The notes under the pieces are model-generated. The model did not search any database and had not been told where the DNA came from. It saw nothing but the letters and a program-made list of their open reading frames with translations. Source: a virus. Taken from it: 64,000 bases of DNA. The stretch is from positions 72,407-136,406 of IMG/VR virus record IMGVR_UViG_3300009183_008543; one strand, written 5' to 3'. The translations under genes and the position numbers were made by a program. The stretch's first letter is position 1, and each line of letters begins with the position of its first letter. Below are positions 26,588-37,019 of this stretch, piece after piece.

Positions 26588-26630
26588 CACAATTATTTCA
26601 ATCTTTTAGACGGTTCTGCAGAATTAAAAG

Positions 26631-26852
26631 TTATTTCTTAATTGATGCCTTTGTAGGTTCTTCAGACTGTATTTTTTTCCATTTTTCAAATTCATCAGAT
26701 AAAGCTTGAGCTTGAGCTTCAAGTTCTTTTAATTTTACCTGTGTTTTTTCATAATACTCTTTTAATTGTTGTTTAATCTGTTTTTTCTCATTGTGAATTT
26801 CAGAAACTCGCTGAGAAAAAGTGACAAATTCATCTGATAATAGCCAATCCAT
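26631..26852 (-). CDS. small coiled-coil hypothetical protein
   Basis: Heptad-rich sequence; AAGG RBS. Confidence 0.6.
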   Translation of the reverse strand: MDWLLSDEFVTFSQRVSEIHNEKKQIKQQLKEYYEKTQVKLKELEAQAQALSDEFEKWKKIQSEEPTKASIKK

Positions 26853-26863
26853 AATTTTTTCCT

Positions 26864-28441
26864 TTATTTCTTTTCTCGAATTCTTACATTAGCAGGATCA
26901 TTATCGAAACATTCGAATACGACATCAGTACCATCATGACCTTTGGTGGAAAGAAAAACATCATTTCCCCAAATGAATCTTAGACCAACCAATACATCTC
27001 GAACATAAGGCTCATGAAGCGGTCTGCCTTCAAATGTATGCTCAAGCATCAGATAGCCCTTACCACGATAATTAGGCTCTGTTAAACGAATATCTGGCAG
27101 TCCTCCATTTACATGGCGAGCCATCAACAATTTTTTTATCTTATTGTAATCATGACTTTCAAGAATCGTCTCTCCGCTTGGATAACGCTTATGTTCAAAG
27201 TATTCTTGTTCTCGACAGAAATCCTCAGTAAAAAATTCATGTATTAAAGTTAGATCATCGTAATACTTTCTAACTTCAAAAATCTTTTCCTTACCAAGCA
27301 TTGCCTTGGTATCCCATTTTTCTTTCTTACTAGAATTTGTGCAATCATCCCATTCATTGCCGAATTGACCTTTATCCCAACGATTGCGAATATCGGACAA
27401 AAGATTATATCCTAGCTTATAAGGATTGGTGCTATATTTTCCACCAAGAACACCCATCTTGTGTGCAGCGTATTCAATGATTCCAGAATCATGAGTCTTT
27501 TGACCCAAGCCGACATAACCCTGTTCTGCCATGATAACATGGTCAGTCATAGAAGCCCAGCCCTCGTTTAATACTTTGGTTTGTCTCTGTGGGAAAAAAT
27601 AAATTGATTCTTCATAGATCATAGACATGATATCTTGTTGCCAAGGCTTAAGTGGAGCATTATCACGCAAAAATCCAAATATATCTTTAACTGGTTCTAT
27701 AAAAAATCCAAGTTCCTCTGCAAGATCTTTATCTTTTACCTTTTCATTTTCTCTTTCTTTGAACTCTTTTGTGTTGATGTAATTATCCATATAGAAGCGA
27801 TCACTATCAACTTTAAGTCTTTTTGGAAATCTATAATTTCTTTTATCAATAATATTTCTATCTTTGATAACTTTTTGATGCCAAGCCGATGCTCCATCAA
27901 CCAAAGTATCGATGCGAAGTAAATAATCAAGAAATTCAGTAACCTTTTCCTTGCCCCATCTAGCCATATATTTTTTAATACGGCTACTATGATTTGCCAT
28001 GTTGTTCAACATGTTTGTATCAGTAGCAGAAAAGTGAATATTATTTTTAAAGAAATCATTATGACCAGTGGCGTGAGCGATAACAGTCAGATGATCCAAT
28101 AATGTGTTGCTATCTAAGCAATAGATGTAACATGGCGATGTATTGATTACCATCTCATATATTTTATGCATTTGATTTTCATATCCACGCTGCAATTCTT
28201 CATATTGCATGCCAAATGACCAATGTGGATATCGTACTGGAAAACCACCATACGCTGCTACTTCGGATATTTCATCGTAGGTAAGAAGCTGCACTACGGT
28301 TGGATAAAAGTCCAAACCCCAATCTTTACAAACATTCAAAATTATTTGAGCATATTCTTTTAATTGTTTTGGAAGCTGAACTCCGGGAATTGTGTTATCG
28401 CCAATAAGAAGTGAAGAACCATGCATGAACTTATTAGACAT
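26864..28441 (-). CDS. spoVR: SpoVR / YcgB family protein
   Basis: GGFPVRYPHWSFG, KIYEMVIN, AHATGHNDFFKNN, QTKVLNEGWAS, NPYKLG. Confidence 0.95.
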   Translation of the reverse strand: MSNKFMHGSSLLIGDNTIPGVQLPKQLKEYAQIILNVCKDWGLDFYPTVVQLLTYDEISEVAAYGGFPVRYPHWSFGMQYEELQRGYENQMHKIYEMVINTSPCYIYCLDSNTLLDHLTVIAHATGHNDFFKNNIHFSATDTNMLNNMANHSSRIKKYMARWGKEKVTEFLDYLLRIDTLVDGASAWHQKVIKDRNIIDKRNYRFPKRLKVDSDRFYMDNYINTKEFKERENEKVKDKDLAEELGFFIEPVKDIFGFLRDNAPLKPWQQDIMSMIYEESIYFFPQRQTKVLNEGWASMTDHVIMAEQGYVGLGQKTHDSGIIEYAAHKMGVLGGKYSTNPYKLGYNLLSDIRNRWDKGQFGNEWDDCTNSSKKEKWDTKAMLGKEKIFEVRKYYDDLTLIHEFFTEDFCREQEYFEHKRYPSGETILESHDYNKIKKLLMARHVNGGLPDIRLTEPNYRGKGYLMLEHTFEGRPLHEPYVRDVLVGLRFIWGNDVFLSTKGHDGTDVVFECFDNDPANVRIREKK

Positions 28442-28459
28442 CTTATAAATCCTTAAATT

Positions 28460-29656
28460 TTACTTTGATTTTTGAGTACCCATCAAACTTTTAATTGCAT
28501 CTAAAATTTGATTATTTCTAATTTCATCATCACGCATATTCGGATCATTAGGATTTCCATTTCCAAAGTTAATTTCGGTGGTACGAATATTATTCTTATC
28601 AAGCTCTCCACTTTCCAACGCCTTATCGACATGATACTTAACACTATTGGTATAGTTGTAAGGCAAAATTTGTGTGATCCCGACTAAATTAATATCCTTT
28701 TCTGGAAATGATTCTTTTAATGTGTTGATAAATACTTGATTATCATCGCCCCAATTATCTCCATCCGTAAAGTAAAAAACATAAATGTTCCACTTTTGCG
28801 GAGGGTATCTATTCTCAAATTGCTTTTGAATAAATTTCAAAGCAGAAGAACAAGTTGTTCCTCCACCATATCGGTAGTTATAAAACTTTTCTTCATCTAC
28901 TTCCATGGCAAGAGAATCGTGCCACACAAAAAGTCGATCAACTCTTTTGTAAAATTGTCTAATCCAAACATCAATCCACCAAGCCATATCTGAGACGATC
29001 TCGCATTTAGCTTGATCCATCGATCCAGATCCATCACGGGCATAAATGATCAAAGCATTGCTAGAAGGAACTTTAACTTCTTTATATTGCCTATAACGCT
29101 TGTCACGCTTAATTGGCTTGATTGTCTTCATGGGCATGCTAAGACCCGGAACTATTTCAAAATTATTAGCAGTTCCATCTGCACATTGCCTTTTTAAAGC
29201 TTCGATAAAAGTTCTTCTATTATGACGCAAAGATTCGGGACCAACCAAAGATATATTATTATATTTGATTTTTACTTCATCGAATGTATCATTTACTTTT
29301 GGCTTTAAATTTGGCAATTCCAGTTCATCTTGCATGAACTTCAATACAGTTTCCAAATCAAGACTTACGGTGATTCCTTCACCTTCATCCTGAGTTGCTC
29401 CATTGCCCTTTCCTTTTTTACCCTTATCAATGACATCGCCATCCTTGCCTTTACCTCTGCCGATGCCATTGCCGTTATCACCATAAAGAATTTGAGGAAT
29501 ATCAATTTTTGGAATTGTGATAGAAATTTTACCTCGTTTGCCACGAGATTTTACTATCTGTCCAGATTTGATAAACTTTTTAAGTGCTTTACGAAGTTTG
29601 CCTGAGACAACATCTATAAAGTCTTTATGATCTTCTTCAATTCTGCGTGGACACAT
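28460..29656 (-). CDS. yeaH: YeaH/YhbH (DUF444) vWA-domain protein
   Basis: RDGSGSM, GGTTCSSA, YPPQKWNIYVFYFTDGDNW; position between prkA and spoVR. Confidence 0.92.
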   Translation of the reverse strand: MCPRRIEEDHKDFIDVVSGKLRKALKKFIKSGQIVKSRGKRGKISITIPKIDIPQILYGDNGNGIGRGKGKDGDVIDKGKKGKGNGATQDEGEGITVSLDLETVLKFMQDELELPNLKPKVNDTFDEVKIKYNNISLVGPESLRHNRRTFIEALKRQCADGTANNFEIVPGLSMPMKTIKPIKRDKRYRQYKEVKVPSSNALIIYARDGSGSMDQAKCEIVSDMAWWIDVWIRQFYKRVDRLFVWHDSLAMEVDEEKFYNYRYGGGTTCSSALKFIQKQFENRYPPQKWNIYVFYFTDGDNWGDDNQVFINTLKESFPEKDINLVGITQILPYNYTNSVKYHVDKALESGELDKNNIRTTEINFGNGNPNDPNMRDDEIRNNQILDAIKSLMGTQKSK

Positions 29657-29662
29657 GTTCTA

Positions 29663-31735
29663 TTATTCCTCGGCTAGATCGCCTCTTGCAAATATAGATC
29701 CAACAAAATCCAGAACATCAGTTGCAGATCTTTCGTTATAACCATACTGTTTGATAAGGCGAGTTTTAATCGCATCTATTTTTTCTTGAATATCCTTATC
29801 AACCACAGTTGCTCCGCTAACATTAAGTGCGGACAACTTAATGGTATCTTTTACATCTTCAAAAAGCTTTGCTTCTAAAGCTTTTCTCAATTTTGGATTA
29901 GAATCCCAACTAAATTGCTTGTGCTTGATTGCAAGGTCGCCAATAAAAGCAGCTATCTGCCTACGGAAATCATCAGCACCCGGTTCTGGTATATCGATCT
30001 TAGATTCAATGGCTCGCATCAATCTTTCGTCAGGCTTTCTATCTTGCCCTGTGATTGGGTCTTTAATCTTACTTTTGTTGATATACGCCATGATATTATC
30101 AATGTAATTGGCACAAAGTCGAATGATCGCATCTTCGTCACCAACAAGAGCCTTCTGAACTTCGGCTTTTAAAATTTCAGTCAACTTCTTAACCACCAAA
30201 TCAATGCATGTGATATATCGACCAACATCATCCTTATTGTTCAACAAAGAACTTCCTTCTAAACCTTCACGAAGCTCATTCAGAACCATGAACATATTTA
30301 CATAGTCATGATTATTGGCTAAACAATTTGAAAGCTTATCTTGAACATAACGAACTGAAACACCACGGGTCATACCCTCATCAGGATACCTATCCTTCAA
30401 TTCCTTGACTTGCTCTTCTGTCCATCCAGAAAGAAGCTTGCCGTCATAAAGCTCTGCTTTTTCGACTAAGGAAATTTTACCATCCTTATCATCATGAAGT
30501 CTGGTTAGAACTGCCCATAGAGCAGCAACTTCAAGTGTGTGTGGTGCGATATGTTGTTTGACCCTATCTACACCATAATCTTTTTCCAAGATTTTAAGTT
30601 CTTCGCCCCATCGAAGAGTATAAGGAACATCGATCTTTACAGTCCTATCACGCAACGCTTCCATATATTGGTTGCTTCGAAGCCTTTCGTATTCAGGACT
30701 ATTGGTATGACAAAATATTGCCTCATCAATAGAAACTTGTGCAAACTTCTTTGGCTTAATACTTTGTTCTTGGCTTGCACCCAATAGATCATATAAAAAT
30801 GCTTGATCTAACTTCAAAGCTTCTATAAACTCTATCATTCCCCTGTTTCCGACACAAAATTCTCCGTCAAAATTAAAGCTTCTTGGGTCAGAGTCAGAAC
30901 CAAAAGTGCTGATGCGACTAAAATTAATATCGCCTGTGAGTTCTGTAGAGTCTTGATTTTTTTCATCTTTAGGTTGGAATGTGGCGATACCAACACGATC
31001 TGCTTCGCTATATGTTTTTCGAATTACTCGAATATGTTTTTCAAGAACTTTTTCGAGATCTCCATCATACCTAATCAAAAGTTCTTTCATGAAGAACTTG
31101 CATCTTGGATCAAGCTCTCCCTCACACTTCAATACATATAGTTCATTTCTTTCTTCTGCAGATACAGACTCAGAAAGAACTCGATTCAAATCATCCATAA
31201 TGGGTTTACGAATTTCTGGCGGGAGCAACTTAAGTGGCTGCTCATGCATTGGGCATTCATCTTCTTCTTTGACATAAATTCCATCTTGTCCAGTCGGAAG
31301 ATTTATCCATTTGAAAGTATACCAAGCACCGGCATCGGTTGTAGAATAGTTTTCCAATTCTCGCTTGAACAATCTACAGATTGTAGATTTAGAGCTACCT
31401 ACAGGTCCGTGCAAAAGAAGAATTCTTTTTTCAGTACCAAAATATCCAGCTGCACCTTTGATGAACTTAACCAAAGAATCCTTAGTTGGTGTCAGACCAA
31501 TGATTGGACATTCCTGATTATCAAAGAAATTATAATGTTTGTATGTCTTTCTATATTCTTCAACGGCATGACAGCCCTTTTCCATAATCATGTCGTAAAT
31601 CATTTGCCAAGAATTACGGACAAGTCTTGGCTGCTGATAGCACAGATCAATGTATTCGGAAAATGACATTTCTCCGTTAAGAATTTTAAATTTGCTTTGA
31701 TTGAATCTACCTATAAATCTTTTAAGTTCGTCCAT
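29663..31735 (-). CDS. prkA: PrkA / YeaG family AAA+ ATPase (annotated serine kinase)
   Basis: LLLHGPVGSSKST Walker A, CPMHEQP, KDEKNQDSTELTG, SDPRSFNFDGE, EALRDR, HIAPHTLE. Confidence 0.95.
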   Translation of the reverse strand: MDELKRFIGRFNQSKFKILNGEMSFSEYIDLCYQQPRLVRNSWQMIYDMIMEKGCHAVEEYRKTYKHYNFFDNQECPIIGLTPTKDSLVKFIKGAAGYFGTEKRILLLHGPVGSSKSTICRLFKRELENYSTTDAGAWYTFKWINLPTGQDGIYVKEEDECPMHEQPLKLLPPEIRKPIMDDLNRVLSESVSAEERNELYVLKCEGELDPRCKFFMKELLIRYDGDLEKVLEKHIRVIRKTYSEADRVGIATFQPKDEKNQDSTELTGDINFSRISTFGSDSDPRSFNFDGEFCVGNRGMIEFIEALKLDQAFLYDLLGASQEQSIKPKKFAQVSIDEAIFCHTNSPEYERLRSNQYMEALRDRTVKIDVPYTLRWGEELKILEKDYGVDRVKQHIAPHTLEVAALWAVLTRLHDDKDGKISLVEKAELYDGKLLSGWTEEQVKELKDRYPDEGMTRGVSVRYVQDKLSNCLANNHDYVNMFMVLNELREGLEGSSLLNNKDDVGRYITCIDLVVKKLTEILKAEVQKALVGDEDAIIRLCANYIDNIMAYINKSKIKDPITGQDRKPDERLMRAIESKIDIPEPGADDFRRQIAAFIGDLAIKHKQFSWDSNPKLRKALEAKLFEDVKDTIKLSALNVSGATVVDKDIQEKIDAIKTRLIKQYGYNERSATDVLDFVGSIFARGDLAEE

Positions 31736-31818
31736 TTAAGTCTCCAATAAAAATCTAGTTAATTAGATCTGCATTATTATAAGGTGAGTTTACAAAATTA
31801 AAAAAGACATATAAATGA

Positions 31819-32166
31819 TTATTTTACTTCGCCCCATGAAGAATCACTATCAATATCATTTATTGGACTATATGGTTCTGATCCCATATGACTATTTTCT
31901 TTTGCATTTTTTCTTTGATCTCGGACACCGCCCGGACGATCAACATTGAAATTATGTCGATAATCATGCCCTTTTGAATCACTATTCCAGACATCTGTTC
32001 CTACTGGATTTGTGAAACTAAAGCGACAAGTCGTCAATAATTTATTCTTCAATTTTGATTTACATTTAGGGCAGGAAACTTTTGAATATTTTCCAGTTTT
32101 ATCGTATTCCGCTACTTCTTCCCATACTTTTGTACATTTCTTGCATTCGAACGCATATGTTGGCAT
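31819..32166 (-). CDS. FmdB-family zinc-ribbon protein
   Basis: MPTYAFECKKC...CPKC. Confidence 0.75.
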   Translation of the reverse strand: MPTYAFECKKCTKVWEEVAEYDKTGKYSKVSCPKCKSKLKNKLLTTCRFSFTNPVGTDVWNSDSKGHDYRHNFNVDRPGGVRDQRKNAKENSHMGSEPYSPINDIDSDSSWGEVK

Positions 32167-32176
32167 AAATATATTC

Positions 32177-32452
32177 CTAAATTTCTTGTAGATCTCGCAA
32201 CTGAAAATATACCTTCGAGATCATGCTTAATTGAGTTTGCAAACTATAAAACTTCCAAAAGAAAGATTTTTCGCAGACTTTTATAGATTTGGCAATTAAC
32301 TTTTGATTTAAAGCCAAATATGTAAGCTCAACACCTTCTTGCTGTAAGGCTTGGTCTTCTGCTATCAGTTCTTTATATTCTTGTGGTGAGATTGGAGGTT
32401 CATTTGGTTCATCTTCATTCTCTTCATCATCATAATAATCAAATCGTTTCAT
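32177..32452 (-). CDS. hypothetical protein
   Basis: GAGGAG RBS; tightly packed ORF. Confidence 0.6.
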   Translation of the reverse strand: MKRFDYYDDEENEDEPNEPPISPQEYKELIAEDQALQQEGVELTYLALNQKLIAKSIKVCEKSFFWKFYSLQTQLSMISKVYFQLRDLQEI

Positions 32453-32461
32453 TTTTTCTCC

Positions 32462-33079
32462 TCAACAAACACTATGGAAAACATTACATGCATCTTTCCA
32501 TATATTTGAAAATCGTCTTTCATTAATAGTAAGCATCACATTGTCATGTTTGGAATAGACACTCAATGGATTCCCAAGTTTATTTATCCATGAATCTGTA
32601 TTAAAGTTCCCCCACCCAGAAGAATATGAAACAAATCTAGAAAATTTATTTTCTTTGACATTAGCAAATAAATTTTCATTTTTTACAACATCATCAACTT
32701 CGTTATACAAAATATAACAATTTTCTTTTTTATAATTTTGCTTCGAACTGATGATGTTTTCTTCGGCATCTAATTCTTTCAAGCAAATTATGTCTGGTGA
32801 TATAACAAGCACGGGATATTTAACATAAGATTTTTTAAGAGCATAGTTCAAGCAAGAAATTGGATTATCATTTTTTGTTATTTCGAATGTAACGCCAAGA
32901 CGCTTAGTCCAATTAAATAAATTGAATTTCATATCTTTTCGATTACACAATATTGAAATTTTTGCATCTGGAAGATTTTGCTGGAAAGAATACCAACTAA
33001 GAAATGTCATCCAATCATGATGCAAAAGATGCGAACAACAAATCAAAACGCTTAGATTTTCACCTGTATAACTTATCAT
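32462..33079 (-). CDS. hypothetical protein (possible degenerate GT-A fold)
   Basis: SVLICC...VISPDII weakly GT-like. Confidence 0.45.
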   Translation of the reverse strand: MISYTGENLSVLICCSHLLHHDWMTFLSWYSFQQNLPDAKISILCNRKDMKFNLFNWTKRLGVTFEITKNDNPISCLNYALKKSYVKYPVLVISPDIICLKELDAEENIISSKQNYKKENCYILYNEVDDVVKNENLFANVKENKFSRFVSYSSGWGNFNTDSWINKLGNPLSVYSKHDNVMLTINERRFSNIWKDACNVFHSVC

Positions 33080-33091
33080 GATCTAATGGAG

Positions 33092-33247
33092 TTATTTTTT
33101 CTTTTTATTCAAGTGCAAAGGAGAAAAGAGGCTGAAAATTGGCTTTGCTGGCTTTACACTTTTAGACATTAATTGTGTAGGAGAATTTGAACCTCTAGAA
33201 TTGAAGCCATACATCTTCTCATTTAAAAACTGCTGAAAAGTTTTCAT
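33092..33247 (-). CDS. 51-aa protein with T4-type capsid-targeting N-terminus (not in ORF track)
   Basis: MKTFQQFLNEKMYGFNSRGSNSPTQLMSKSVKPAKPIFSLFSPLHLNKKKK. Confidence 0.7.
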   Translation of the reverse strand: MKTFQQFLNEKMYGFNSRGSNSPTQLMSKSVKPAKPIFSLFSPLHLNKKKK

Positions 33248-33250
33248 TTA

Positions 33251-33541
33251 TTACTTTGGAACTCCAGTCGTAGCTTTAGCCTGATCTTTTTGAGCAGCAT
33301 CCAATTGATTTTTAATTGTTTTTTGTAATGCTGCTGGATTAAGTGCGACTGGACTTTTAGATTTCAACATCAGATTTTTAACTTCTGTATCTTTTGTGAT
33401 CTTGTCGGCAATTGCACTTGGATTTTTTCCAATCTTTGGGTCTGCAGATAGCATCGCTGATTTTCCTTGAATGGCTCCAGAAAGTTGTGCATCAAAATCA
33501 CCATCTTCTGTAATTTTCAACCAATTTTTGAATGAATTCAT
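33251..33541 (-). CDS. hypothetical protein with capsid-targeting-like N-terminus
   Basis: MNSFKNWLKITE; AAGGAG RBS; TATATATA at 33560-33567. Confidence 0.65.
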   Translation of the reverse strand: MNSFKNWLKITEDGDFDAQLSGAIQGKSAMLSADPKIGKNPSAIADKITKDTEVKNLMLKSKSPVALNPAALQKTIKNQLDAAQKDQAKATTGVPK

Positions 33542-33582
33542 ATTTACTCCTTATAAACATATATATAGAAGAAAGGAATAAA

Positions 33583-33786
33583 ATGAAAAAATGTTGTTTA
33601 ACTAGAGTTTTGTTTGGTATGATTTTTGGTTTTTTTCTAAGTATTTTCGTAATGTATTCACAACTTTCTGGTGTCAAAAATCAACTTAAACATGATCATA
33701 AAACATGTAGCATGTGTGTATGTGAAAAAAAATGCAATTGTCCTCACGAAAATGACAAATGTAAAAACAAATGCTTGTGTGATTAA
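33583..33786 (+). CDS. small membrane-anchored Cys-rich protein
   Basis: MKKCC + TM helix + CSMCVCEKKCNC...C...CLC; AAGGA RBS. Confidence 0.55.
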   Translation: MKKCCLTRVLFGMIFGFFLSIFVMYSQLSGVKNQLKHDHKTCSMCVCEKKCNCPHENDKCKNKCLCD

Positions 33787-35171
33787 ATTATTTTATTGAT
33801 AATTGAATCGATTATATTTGTTGTTGACAATCCATCAACAAATGGAGCAAAAACAACCTTTCCAGCATGATCTCTGCCAACTACTTCCTTGTCAATATAA
33901 TCATGACCTTTTACCAAAACCTCTGGATTTAAATGCTTGATGATTTCAATTGGTGTGTCTTCTTCAAAACAAGCAACATAATCAACACATTCCAATGCAG
34001 CGAGCATTTGCATTCGATGTTGAATTTTATTCACAGGGCGACCCGGCTTTAACTTTCCAACCGACTCATCACTATTGACAGCAACAAGAAGTTTATCACC
34101 TTGCTTTTTAGCAAATTCTAAACTCTCTATATGCCCTGCATGTAAAATATCAAAACATCCATTTGTAACGACCAGCTTAAAATCTCTTTTTTTAAATATC
34201 TTGTAATCAACAATTTTGGAAGAACTTCCAATAACTGTTTTTTTAATTGTGTCGATATCTAATGGCTTGTTGTGTTTTTCTGTAACATAAATTAAACCCA
34301 TAGAAAATGCGAATTCAGCAGCTTCTTTGAGTGGTATGTTGTTGCCCAAGCATAATCCCAAAAATGCAATAAAACAGTCTCCTGCACCAATAACACTATT
34401 GGCTTGTTTGTCTGATTTTGGATTCTTATATTCAAAGTAATTTTCATTAAATCCAAAAAAACCACTTCCTTCTGAAGTTATAATTACAGACTTGCAATTA
34501 GTTTGTTTTATTATTGAATCAATTTGCTTAGGCTTTTCTTTTTCATTGGTAATCGCACAAGCTTCTTGTGTGTTTGGTTTTATTAGTGTGCATCCTTTCC
34601 ACTTTGTAATATCTTTTTTTGGATCAACAATCCTTATGGAGCATGGATGTTTTTCTGCCAAAGAAGAAACAATTGAATTAGCAAATAATCCTTTGTCATA
34701 ATCAGAAAATATCAAAACATCAAAATCTTTTGACATAATTTTTTTGCAAAGATTTTCAGAAACTTCCTGCAATTCATCTTTGTTCATGCCATAATTATTT
34801 TTCTCGACATCCCAACGATATGTCGGAAAATCCGAACTATAAAATCTCTTTTTTCTTGGAACCAAATAAGGGCTTATACTCACCGATAATGATGTATCAA
34901 TTTTATTTTTTTGTAAAATTTCATTCGCAGAATCATCTAAGAAAGAACATAGAAATGTATTTTTATTTATATTTTTAAGCTGATATGCAACATTAGCGGC
35001 TCCGCCCGGAAGAATTGCACTTGGCATGCATTCCTCTGAATGCATTACTGGAATTGGAAATTCTGGAGATATTTTTCGAACATTTACATTGAAATATTCG
35101 TCTAGCATAGAATCTCCAACGATTCCAATTTTTAAATTGCTAGAATTAATTGATTCTATAATATTCTTCAT
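33783..35171 (-). CDS. hldE: bifunctional heptose-7-phosphate kinase / heptose-1-phosphate adenylyltransferase
   Basis: VGDSMLDEY, ISPEFPIPV, PGGAANVA, SDYDKG, GAGD, TNGCFDILHAGH, VNSDESV, KGHDY, STTNII. Confidence 0.93.
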   Translation of the reverse strand: MKNIIESINSSNLKIGIVGDSMLDEYFNVNVRKISPEFPIPVMHSEECMPSAILPGGAANVAYQLKNINKNTFLCSFLDDSANEILQKNKIDTSLSVSISPYLVPRKKRFYSSDFPTYRWDVEKNNYGMNKDELQEVSENLCKKIMSKDFDVLIFSDYDKGLFANSIVSSLAEKHPCSIRIVDPKKDITKWKGCTLIKPNTQEACAITNEKEKPKQIDSIIKQTNCKSVIITSEGSGFFGFNENYFEYKNPKSDKQANSVIGAGDCFIAFLGLCLGNNIPLKEAAEFAFSMGLIYVTEKHNKPLDIDTIKKTVIGSSSKIVDYKIFKKRDFKLVVTNGCFDILHAGHIESLEFAKKQGDKLLVAVNSDESVGKLKPGRPVNKIQHRMQMLAALECVDYVACFEEDTPIEIIKHLNPEVLVKGHDYIDKEVVGRDHAGKVVFAPFVDGLSTTNIIDSIINKII

Positions 35172-35217
35172 ATGTGCAGCCCAATAATAGATGTTGCTAT
35201 TATTTGAGTTACACAAT

Positions 35218-36102
35218 TTATTTTTCTATATTTTTAACAGACAAGCCAAGCATTGCAGCTTTAGTTTTCCATTCTTCCTGTTCTCTTTTATTATCTGTTT
35301 TTAAAGAATTTACAGATATTCCTCCCAAGGATGAGACCATTGCATCTACTTCCAATTTGGTCAATCTAATCGCTCCACGATGCTCATGATAATCTTCCCA
35401 AGCTTCAACAGCCCAAGGAACAATAGGCTTGATAAGTTCTAGCATAGCATTTGCAAACACTCTAATCTCCCATTGAGCATGAGCATCGCAACGCAAGGCT
35501 AAAAAATGCAAAAGATTATGCAGATCCACTTTCCAATACCACTCTGTATACAAATTGACTGGTAGGAGCATTCTGGCTTGTTCTCTAGCAACACCATTTT
35601 GAATTGCTTTTTCGTATTCCTCATATGATTGATTGCAGATAAAATCTATTTTTTCAATAAATCCATAGGCATCAGTTTCATTTATTGATCCACTACCTCC
35701 TTGTTTGTTTACTGACGATTGTTGTCTCACATTTTCAATTTCTGGTTTATAGAATTCATCCTTCATCATTGAATATCTTCCACTGTATTCATTCAAATTT
35801 GCAGTTCTGTGGCGCACCATTTGTCTGGCGATGAATATCGGTAATTTAACAGAAAATTTGAATTCAATCATCTCGAATGGAGTTGTGTGCTTGTGACGAA
35901 GTAAATAACGAATTAATCCTCTATCTTCATTAACAGTTTTAGTTCCATCTCCATAAGAAACTCTAGCAGCTTGGACTATTGCGTAATCTGCGGTCTTCCT
36001 ATCATCTGGAACAAGTCTTGGCATAACATCAAGAATCGTCACATGACCCTTGTCCAAGCATTTAATTGTTTTTTCAGAAACATTTGTCAAAACATCATGC
36101 AT
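35218..36102 (-). CDS. thyX: FAD-dependent thymidylate synthase
   Basis: AARVSYG, HTTPFE, RQMVRHRTANLNEYSGRY, REQARMLLP, HAQWEIR. Confidence 0.96.
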   Translation of the reverse strand: MHDVLTNVSEKTIKCLDKGHVTILDVMPRLVPDDRKTADYAIVQAARVSYGDGTKTVNEDRGLIRYLLRHKHTTPFEMIEFKFSVKLPIFIARQMVRHRTANLNEYSGRYSMMKDEFYKPEIENVRQQSSVNKQGGSGSINETDAYGFIEKIDFICNQSYEEYEKAIQNGVAREQARMLLPVNLYTEWYWKVDLHNLLHFLALRCDAHAQWEIRVFANAMLELIKPIVPWAVEAWEDYHEHRGAIRLTKLEVDAMVSSLGGISVNSLKTDNKREQEEWKTKAAMLGLSVKNIEK

Positions 36103-36232
36103 GAGATAACTCCAAAATAGTTAAATCTTATTCTATGAATTTATATTATAAAAAAAATAAAGGGAAATGAGAATAGCAATTAGAACCAACCTATGTCTCC
36201 CATGACAACATCTGGCAGATTAGGAAACATTT

Positions 36233-36436
36233 TTAAAATTTTACTTTTTTTCTTTTTTTTTTCTCAAGATCATCAACAGTTATCAAACTTGGCGATTGTC
36301 TAGTCACTGTTCCAATGCCAATAGGTCTAGCAAATTTCGCAACATCACCAGTCGATGTCATTCCGCCACCACCCGCAGCTGGTGCTGCTGCTGTTGCGAC
36401 TTCATTTTGTTTCAACCATTCTTTGAACGATATCAT
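36233..36436 (-). CDS. small protein with capsid-targeting-like N-terminus
   Basis: GGAGG RBS then MISFKEWLKQNE; ATGA overlap with the upstream gene. Confidence 0.65.
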   Translation of the reverse strand: MISFKEWLKQNEVATAAAPAAGGGGMTSTGDVAKFARPIGIGTVTRQSPSLITVDDLEKKKRKKVKF

Positions 36437-36909
36437 GTCATTCCTCCCATACCTGCATCTGGAGGCATACCACCTGCATCTGCCGGTGGTGGTGCAGGAA
36501 CCCATGCAGTTGTCAAAAATTTTACAAGTTCATCACGACTTAAATAATATTTATCTTTATCTGGTGTAGCCCTATTAAGGCTTCCATTTTTGAGAAAGCT
36601 TCTCATTCCCTTGTTTGGCTTTAAACGAATATATGCTCCATTTTTAGAAATCGAGTCTGGATCGATTTCCCAAGAAGATGCTTTATATGACATTTCGTGA
36701 TTTGGCTTGCCCATCATGAAATGAGTTGAAACCCAAGGCTCTGAAGCCAAAAGTGAAGATAAATCTTTCCATTTAATTCCAAACTCATCTTCGAGTGTAT
36801 CAATATAATCATTTCCAACTGGCGTAGATTCGCTGCCTTCATCTTCTGATTTTTTCTCAGATGAGGGGTCCATTTCTTCAATATATTTTTTGAATCCTGC
36901 GAAGCTCAT
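36433..36909 (-). CDS. hypothetical protein with capsid-targeting-like N-terminus
   Basis: MSFAGFKKYIEE begins 5 nt after TATATATA (36915-36922). Confidence 0.6.
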   Translation of the reverse strand: MSFAGFKKYIEEMDPSSEKKSEDEGSESTPVGNDYIDTLEDEFGIKWKDLSSLLASEPWVSTHFMMGKPNHEMSYKASSWEIDPDSISKNGAYIRLKPNKGMRSFLKNGSLNRATPDKDKYYLSRDELVKFLTTAWVPAPPPADAGGMPPDAGMGGMT

Positions 36910-37019
36910 ATTTCTATATATAATATTACCTGCCAACTTATGAAGAACAATTAATTAAAATAAACTCTTGTACTGTTCCATAGGAATTTTGTTTTAGGAT
37001 GGCGTGGATATATAAATAT

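Noticed and set aside
25694-26630. Group I intron containing the HNH gene and interrupting dnaE
   Set aside because: The HNH gene lies wholly upstream of the dnaE RBS and start, the flanks are too short for a ribozyme core, and the 7-nt interruption does not end in G.
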